This document shows, piece by piece, positions 63,560 through 64,000 of a DNA stretch of 64,000 nucleotides. Under the pieces are notes generated by a model. The model did not search any database and had not been told where the DNA came from. It worked only from the letters and a program-made list of their open reading frames with translations. The DNA lies in NCBI GenBank assembly GCA_965657195.1, contig CBFHNK010000002.1, positions 3,911 through 67,910 of the forward strand. The letters are read 5' to 3'. A program made the translations under genes and the position numbers. The stretch comes from an uncultured Schleiferiaceae bacterium. GTDB lineage: Bacteria; Bacteroidota; Bacteroidia; Flavobacteriales; Schleiferiaceae. Position 1 is the first letter of the stretch. Each line of letters opens with the position of its first letter.

Positions 63560-63897
63560 GGTAAGGTTTTAATCGTTTTTGCCAGTTGGTCAAGTTCGGC
63601 TTTCACATTCTGCAAACGCCGTACCAAGTCTTCGGTTTGTATGGAGTCCTCGGGTGCATTCTTTAGTTTTTGGCGTGCGCCTTCTAACGTGAATCCCTTT
63701 TCTTTGACCAAGAAGTGGATTTTTCGCAGCAGCTCCATGTCCTTGGTACTGTACTTACGTGCACCGGCCTCGGATTTTTTGGGCTTTAGCTCCGGAAACT
63801 CTTTTTCCCAAAACCGCAATGCGGACGTGTTGAGTTCAAAGATGGCGGCAGCTTCGCCGATGCTGTAGTATCGCTTGGTGAATTCTGTCGGAATCAT
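63556..63897 (-). CDS. MerR-family helix-turn-helix protein
   Basis: HTH segment YYSIGEAAAIFELNTSALRFWEKEF. 113 aa. Confidence 0.8.
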   Translation of the reverse strand: MIPTEFTKRYYSIGEAAAIFELNTSALRFWEKEFPELKPKKSEAGARKYSTKDMELLRKIHFLVKEKGFTLEGARQKLKNAPEDSIQTEDLVRRLQNVKAELDQLAKTIKTLP

Positions 63898-64000
63898 TAG
63901 TCGAACGATTGATTGTTGGCAGCGGCTTGGGCGAGAAGTTTGTTGTACTCTGCTGGTGTCAAGTCGTTGAAAAAGAAGTTGATGGGGTTTACTCGGCGCC
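63897..64000 (-). CDS. 3' end of an unidentified gene (continues past right edge)
   Basis: My reverse-strand translation gives ...RRVNPINFFFNDLTPAEYNKLLAQAAANNQSFD*. The stop overlaps the MerR ATG (TAATG). Confidence 0.4.
   Translation of the reverse strand, partial: RRVNPINFFFNDLTPAEYNKLLAQAAANNQSFD

Noticed and set aside
1-64000. Mobile elements, prophage, defence islands (RM, TA, CBASS, Abi and similar), and rRNA or tRNA genes
   Set aside because: I looked for transposase, integrase or recombinase-like ORFs, terminal inverted repeats, nuclease/ATPase/methylase combinations, tRNA-like cloverleaf signatures and compositional islands. None was found. Apart from the 59.85-60.10 kb repeat array, the window reads as core chromosome.

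Overview
This is a 64-kb chromosomal segment with roughly 55-60% GC by eye. I assign it to the Bacteroidota because it carries the T9SS translocon gene sprA, type-A and type-B T9SS C-terminal sorting domains, an Omp28-like lipoprotein, TAnnTTTG -7 promoter boxes, and an Alternative Complex III + aa3 oxidase locus. Coding density is very high, and many gene junctions overlap as TAATG or ATGA. I found no rRNA, tRNA, CRISPR array, transposase, integrase or recognisable defence genes.

Content from left to right:
- queA, two unknown secreted proteins, and rlmN.
- An overlapping apbC/mrp - nfu - korAB (2-oxoglutarate:ferredoxin oxidoreductase) unit, then a yebC-family gene.
- Three rhodanese domains plus trxA.
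- actABCDEF followed directly by coxB and coxA.
- ruvB and queG.
- A minus-strand envelope cluster of three CxxC thioredoxin-fold proteins and an outer-membrane barrel.
- ruvA-sprA-gcvH-vanZ-tonB, then cysQ.
- A second respiratory block: ctaB, two subunit-III genes, subunit IV, SCO1, DUF420 and a small CxxC protein.
- tolC-hlyD, tsaB, tag, a DUF255 thioredoxin-domain protein, a long Pit transporter and an M20 dipeptidase.
- A type-B T9SS adhesin-like protein.
- A mevalonate operon (mvd-mvk-UbiA-like) preceded by a 250-bp repeat array.
- fabD, a queD/PTPS gene, and a MerR-LemA-TPM-TPM-lipoprotein unit.

The most interesting items are:
- The envelope CxxC/T9SS/barrel module at 25.1-30.2 kb.
- A -7 promoter box only 4-6 nt from the start codon at 13 genes, which implies leaderless mRNAs. 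This includes an identical 19-mer before two unrelated genes.
- The repeat array upstream of the mevalonate operon.
- A rhodanese-TM-rhodanese fusion coupled to thioredoxin.
- A small CxxC protein in the oxidase-assembly cluster.
- Histidine-rich tracts on three adjacent respiratory subunits.

All family assignments rest on motifs I read in the translations. No database search was run.
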